A DNA stretch of 63,986 nt, filler included, from Lenisia limosa (lineage: Eukaryota > Protista > Breviatea): NCBI GenBank assembly GCA_001655205.1. It is 10 parts of 10 records of this genome, joined end to end, with 100 filler letters (N's around TTAATTAATTAA, not from the genome) between each part and the next. Parts side by side here need not be neighbours in the genome. Positions count along the whole stretch, not along the records: positions 59,798 to 62,786 come from LPNZ01004746.1; positions 62,887 to 63,986 come from LPNZ01004347.1; 8 more parts are not named here. One strand, given 5' to 3'. How positions within the stretch are numbered: position 1 is the first letter of the stretch; every line of letters starts with the position of its first letter. This document shows, piece by piece, positions 59,840 to 63,986 of the stretch. The position numbers were made by a program, and so were the translations under genes. Below the pieces are notes generated by a model. The model was not told the origin of the DNA. It did not search any database and was given only the letters and a program-made list of their open reading frames with translations.

Positions 59840-62125
59840 ATGGACGGTGTGATATATACTATGCAATTTGTCATTATGACGGTTAATAATAATTCGAACA
59901 TAAGACATACCGTCCAAGTAGGCCTGAGATGGCCGGGCCAGATGCTACACCGATTCGTAAGTGTGTTCGCATCCGATGACTACAATGTCATCACAGCCCA
60001 TTGTCACGCAAAAAAAAAGGAGGGGNNNNNNNNNNNNNNNNNNNNNNNNNNNNNNNNNNNNNNNNNNNNNNNNNNNNNNNNNNNNNNNNNNNNNNNNNNN
60101 NNNNNNNNNNNNNNNNNNNNNNNNNNNNNNNNNNNNNNNNNNNNNNNNNNNNNNNNNNNNNNNNNNNNGGCTGATGCGGTGCATCTTCTTGTGTATTTGC
60201 TGAGTAACGAAAGGCACTTTGACGCGCACATTATACCCTGAAAGTCAGCAGATCAAATGAGACCTACTTGGTAAGCATGGATATCAGTTACGTTGTGTGA
60301 TGGCTCCGGAGGGAACGCCCCTGCAACGGCGATACAGGAAAGCCCTTCTTGCTCCACACGTTGTCTGAACATGGTGATCGCGATCAATGGTTCAATATGC
60401 ATAATTGTCCATAATGCTGACAATCACTGTTCCATATTATACATGCAAATTATAACTAATCATCCATTTTGTTTTCAATGACCTACAGTCCAGTGAGACG
60501 AATGGACTCGTCAATAAGACTGTGGATATCATGAAGCTCATCCGCGTCTGAGTTGGACCCGCCGTCCGGAAGGGTAACCTGAACAGTCAATCTCGTAATC
60601 GGGACTATGTTAAATAACTCCACATTATCAACATCAACATTATCACTACTATTTAGCTTATCAACACATTGCCAAAATTTCACACTCAGCAGAATGGTGG
60701 AACATGATAACCATGCTACAAATAGACCCCAGCTAACCACGAAGAAAACGACCGTCACATTTGGAAGGCTCTGAGTGATGTCTTCCACCGTACTACCAAG
60801 ACGTAATCGCTGGGTAACGGGCTCCGGAAGGATGGCACTTTCTTGTGCTTCAAAGCTGTCACATGCTTCGCTAAGTGCGTGTGTTTCGGCAATAGTGGCC
60901 TCGAGCTGCACATCTCGATACTGAAATCATTGAGATGGGCTGGAGGGTAGTCAAGAGTTTCTGCATAGAAAAACCTATCATATGGCTTATCTATTAGGTA
61001 AGTTTAAAAATATATGATAATATAATAGAAGAGGATAGGTTGGTAGAGACCAATTCCCAAACAGACATACTGCATCCTCTACCATATTCAGCTTCCCTAC
61101 AGCCCAAAAAAGAAGCCATTCTTCATGAATGCAAAATAAATATCATATCTATATAAAATATAGTGAAGGATCAGCTTCCACCCCACCGAGGTTGACACAT
61201 GGAACGTGATGGTGAACACTACAAACGCCAGAACACTACAAAGTCACAATGACAACTCACCAACCAATACAATGAAAAACTTTCGTTAGCAATTGAAGAA
61301 ATCCAGAAAAGAGTCTACAATGTGATGGCAAACAAGAAACGTTACAATTGAAGGGAAAAGTGCAATCCAGGACAGGGAGGTTGGCATGTTCATGGTGAAG
61401 ACTAAAGATGAGGAAGGTTGGGGTGCAACTTACAAGTGCAGGCAACTTCAATAAGAATGATAATAAACATGGCATCACTTTCCGGTGTGAACGGGGGGTT
61501 TTCCATTAGCATAGGGAAGAGAGTGATGGAAAGAGACGCAATGGATGTGACAAAGAAACTGACAGACTCGAACCACCAGTGTTTTAAAGCTGAAGTGACA
61601 GTGTCTATGCTCTCTGAGCTAAGAACCTCCCCTTCACCCATATCAATCAAATGCGAATACGCTGTTTCAAGAAAGGTGATCCTCTACAAGCGTAATGCTA
61701 AATGTGGCGTTTACCTTGGCTGGAATGATTGTCGAACACATCATGCTGTGTGAAGCATAGAACAGAAAGTGGATGATTAAAGGACACAAATCCAATATGG
61801 TGACAGGTTCATTCTGCCCCAGACACACCGCAATGAGAAGCAGTGACAAGAGCGAGAGAAGGAACGATGCAATTTTGCCATCAACAGACAACCGTTCAAC
61901 ATACCAGACCTTCCTCTCAATTTCTTTCGCCAAACTAGCCACTTCCTCCGTATCAATATAGCTATTGTTTTCTTCATAGTCAGTGGTACCGAAGGGGGCC
62001 GAAGCAACCCTGTCAACTAGAAGGTCAGTGTTGAATGTCAGATGAGATAGGAGATGCGAAAGATGAATTGAACATAGAACCTCATACCTTCTGATAAACA
62101 CTCTAAAGAGTAAGAGGAGTGCCAT
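59840..62125 (-). CDS. Polytopic membrane protein of unknown family (3' truncated), with micro-introns
   Basis: Long exons 61667-62125, 61434-61650 and 60485-60910, plus small exons joined in frame by 29-32-nt GT-AG introns; TM-like segments KIASFLLSLLSLLLIAVCL, SLSWIALFPSITLFWI, VLAFVVFTITF, VVFFVVSWGLFVAWL. Start codon uncertain. Confidence 0.65.
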
Positions 62126-63017
62126 TTCTCCTCCATAGTCAAGAGAGCAACTGAGGTTAGAACCTATTTAGGGGTGATGCTCCAGCACTTCCTATTCCCT
62201 CCTAAAACACTCGTCGTTGTTAAGCCTTCTCTCAAGCCCCAGTCAAGCCTGGCCCACTCGTGCTTCGCCTCATATGCCAAATCCAAAATTCTGCAAAACG
62301 CCAACATATAAATCTCTAGGTTTTGTGGGACTACGAACATCCGCCTACCCCCCTTGCGTAGCATTGATTTGACAGTGACTTGATTGTGATGGTGATATGT
62401 TTGTGATAAAGGTACGAAGGCATTGCGAAGGCGAGGAACGGGGAAATGCGGAAATGTTGATAGAGTGACTATTGATTCGACGAATTATTAACCAAAGTAA
62501 AAGGCAATTTTTGTTCAAATATGATTTCGTTTTCGTGAAACAAGCTCATACATATATTGATACAATAGTTCTTTCAAGACAGTGGCGTCTCACACCTATC
62601 CAAAAAACGTTCGCAAAAAGAAACCTAAGGATTTGCCATTCTATTGAAAGCAGCAACTTTTTGTTCAGCTAAAAGATAATGGTATCTCAACATACAAACC
62701 TTGAACAGCTTCTCCATTGAGTATTATAATTTGAGGAATATGCCGAAGTAAAGAGAGCACATTGACAAGGGTGGTTCTTTGAACGGNNNNNNNNNNNNNN
62801 NNNNNNNNNNNNNNNNNNNNNNNNNNNNNNTTAATTAATTAANNNNNNNNNNNNNNNNNNNNNNNNNNNNNNNNNNNNNNNNNNNNTTCCCCCGTAGATA
62901 TGGGACGAAATGGGCGACTGTGTAGCGCGTCAATACGGAGGCAGTAGTCTGACTAATACGGTGGAGACGTACAAAGAGTTCAAAGTAGGCCTTTTTTGCC
63001 GAGATTTCTATGTACTA

Positions 63018-63082
63018 TACCTCCAGTCCTCAAGTAAAACCTCCTCTCCTCTAATACTTACCTCCAGTCCTCAAGTAAAACC
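63018..63082. repeat. Direct repeat, period 41 bp
   Basis: tacctccagtcctcaagtaaaacc at 63018 and 63059. Confidence 0.8.
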
Positions 63083-63426
63083 ACACTCTCCGAACCCCCC
63101 CAACCCCTCTCCTTGTNNNNNNNNNNNNNNNNNNNNNNNNNNNNNNNNNNNNNNNNNNNNNNNNNNNNNNNNCCCTAAGTCATCAAATTGTTTTTTTTTT
63201 ACTAGAGCTTCACTTTCGGTTCCAAATAAATCCTCGATAAATCCTCGATATTTTACAAGTGTTTCGGAACCGAAAGTGAAGAACTGTTTTTAACCCTTGT
63301 GTGTTTCCCACCAACTGCTCTTCAGATATTTTCTGTTTTTACTCCCCCCAGCCAACAGAGTTTATTTATCCCCTAGTCCTCAAGCAAAATCACGGCGTTG
63401 CGGCGGTTCTACTCCAACCAGGTAAC

Positions 63427-63516
63427 TAGGGCTTCACTCTGGACAAAAGACCAGAAAAATATCACTATTTATCAAAAATTCCGTCTTTTTTTATTATTTA
63501 ACCGAAGTAACGCCCA
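63427..63516. mobile_element. MITE M1 (diverged); another copy at 63203-63282
   Basis: tagggcttcactctggacaaaagaccag...aaccgaagtaacgccca. Confidence 0.65.
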
Positions 63517-63986
63517 CTAGGTGACAGACACGGGCAAACAGCACGCGACTAACCTGTTTTTGGGCAAGTTTATCCCTTCAAAATCCGGGCAAAAGTGAGG
63601 GAGGAGGGGGGGAGTGATTGAACAGTAGAACATTTGATACCATTATGTACGAATTGGCTGCTTAACAGTATATAATGTCATTTGAACTACAAATGTTGAC
63701 CCATCCTCCAGGCTCTGGCAATTGGAAACTGATCTCTACCTGCACAGCCCCCCAGTCGACAACTCGTCACAATGCCTGTTCTTCGCTCCAGGTATGAACT
63801 TATCTCAACATAATATATCTTTTACTATAGAGTATACATACACTATATCGTGACCGGGATTGACCGAATTGCTCCAGGTTATCCGTAGTAAATCAGTCAA
63901 GACTTATAATATATTACTATATTCGATCCGTTCTCACGATCCAGGTGTCAGAACCCCAGCAAGGCGCCTCCTCCCCTCCCAACTAA

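Noticed and set aside
237-60241. ORFs in the track containing long X stretches
   Set aside because: They stay open only because N gaps hide stop codons; the poly-P/poly-G ends are intronic homopolymers.
1-63986. tRNA or rRNA genes
   Set aside because: No cloverleaf with A/B boxes or conserved rRNA segment recognised; GTTCGAA matches lie in MITE TIRs or exons.

Overview
Eukaryotic, intron-dense genomic DNA, probably from a unicellular eukaryote; the Nav2-type channel hints at an obazoan/holozoan-like lineage, but that is inference. The window is 10 pieces joined by nine identical 100-nt artificial spacers (N44-TTAATTAATTAA-N44), with further N gaps that mostly open at G/C homopolymers. Genes I can reconstruct by hand-splicing: (1) a four-domain voltage-gated channel with Nav-type pore loops and a D-E-E-A filter (minus strand, 3' end outside the window); (2) a head-to-head orphan polytopic membrane protein and a second orphan after it; (3) a GPS-containing polycystin-1-like fragment apparently lacking PLAT; (4) an ~18-kb, nearly intronless giant gene (>5,900 aa visible) with six midasin/MoxR-type AAA+ modules, a helical/coiled-coil linker, Ig-like repeats, an acidic stretch and two vWA domains, broken by one in-frame stop and five frameshifts; (5) a TTLL12-like gene; (6) an intron-containing ROK-family sugar kinase; (7) further membrane-protein fragments. 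Four families of short dispersed repeats sit in introns and intergenic DNA: a ~90-100 bp palindromic MITE, a TTAA-flanked Kolobok-like MITE, and two sense-biased intronic repeats, one of which runs into intron 3' splice sites. No rRNA, tRNA or CRISPR array is supported. All exon structures are manual and approximate.
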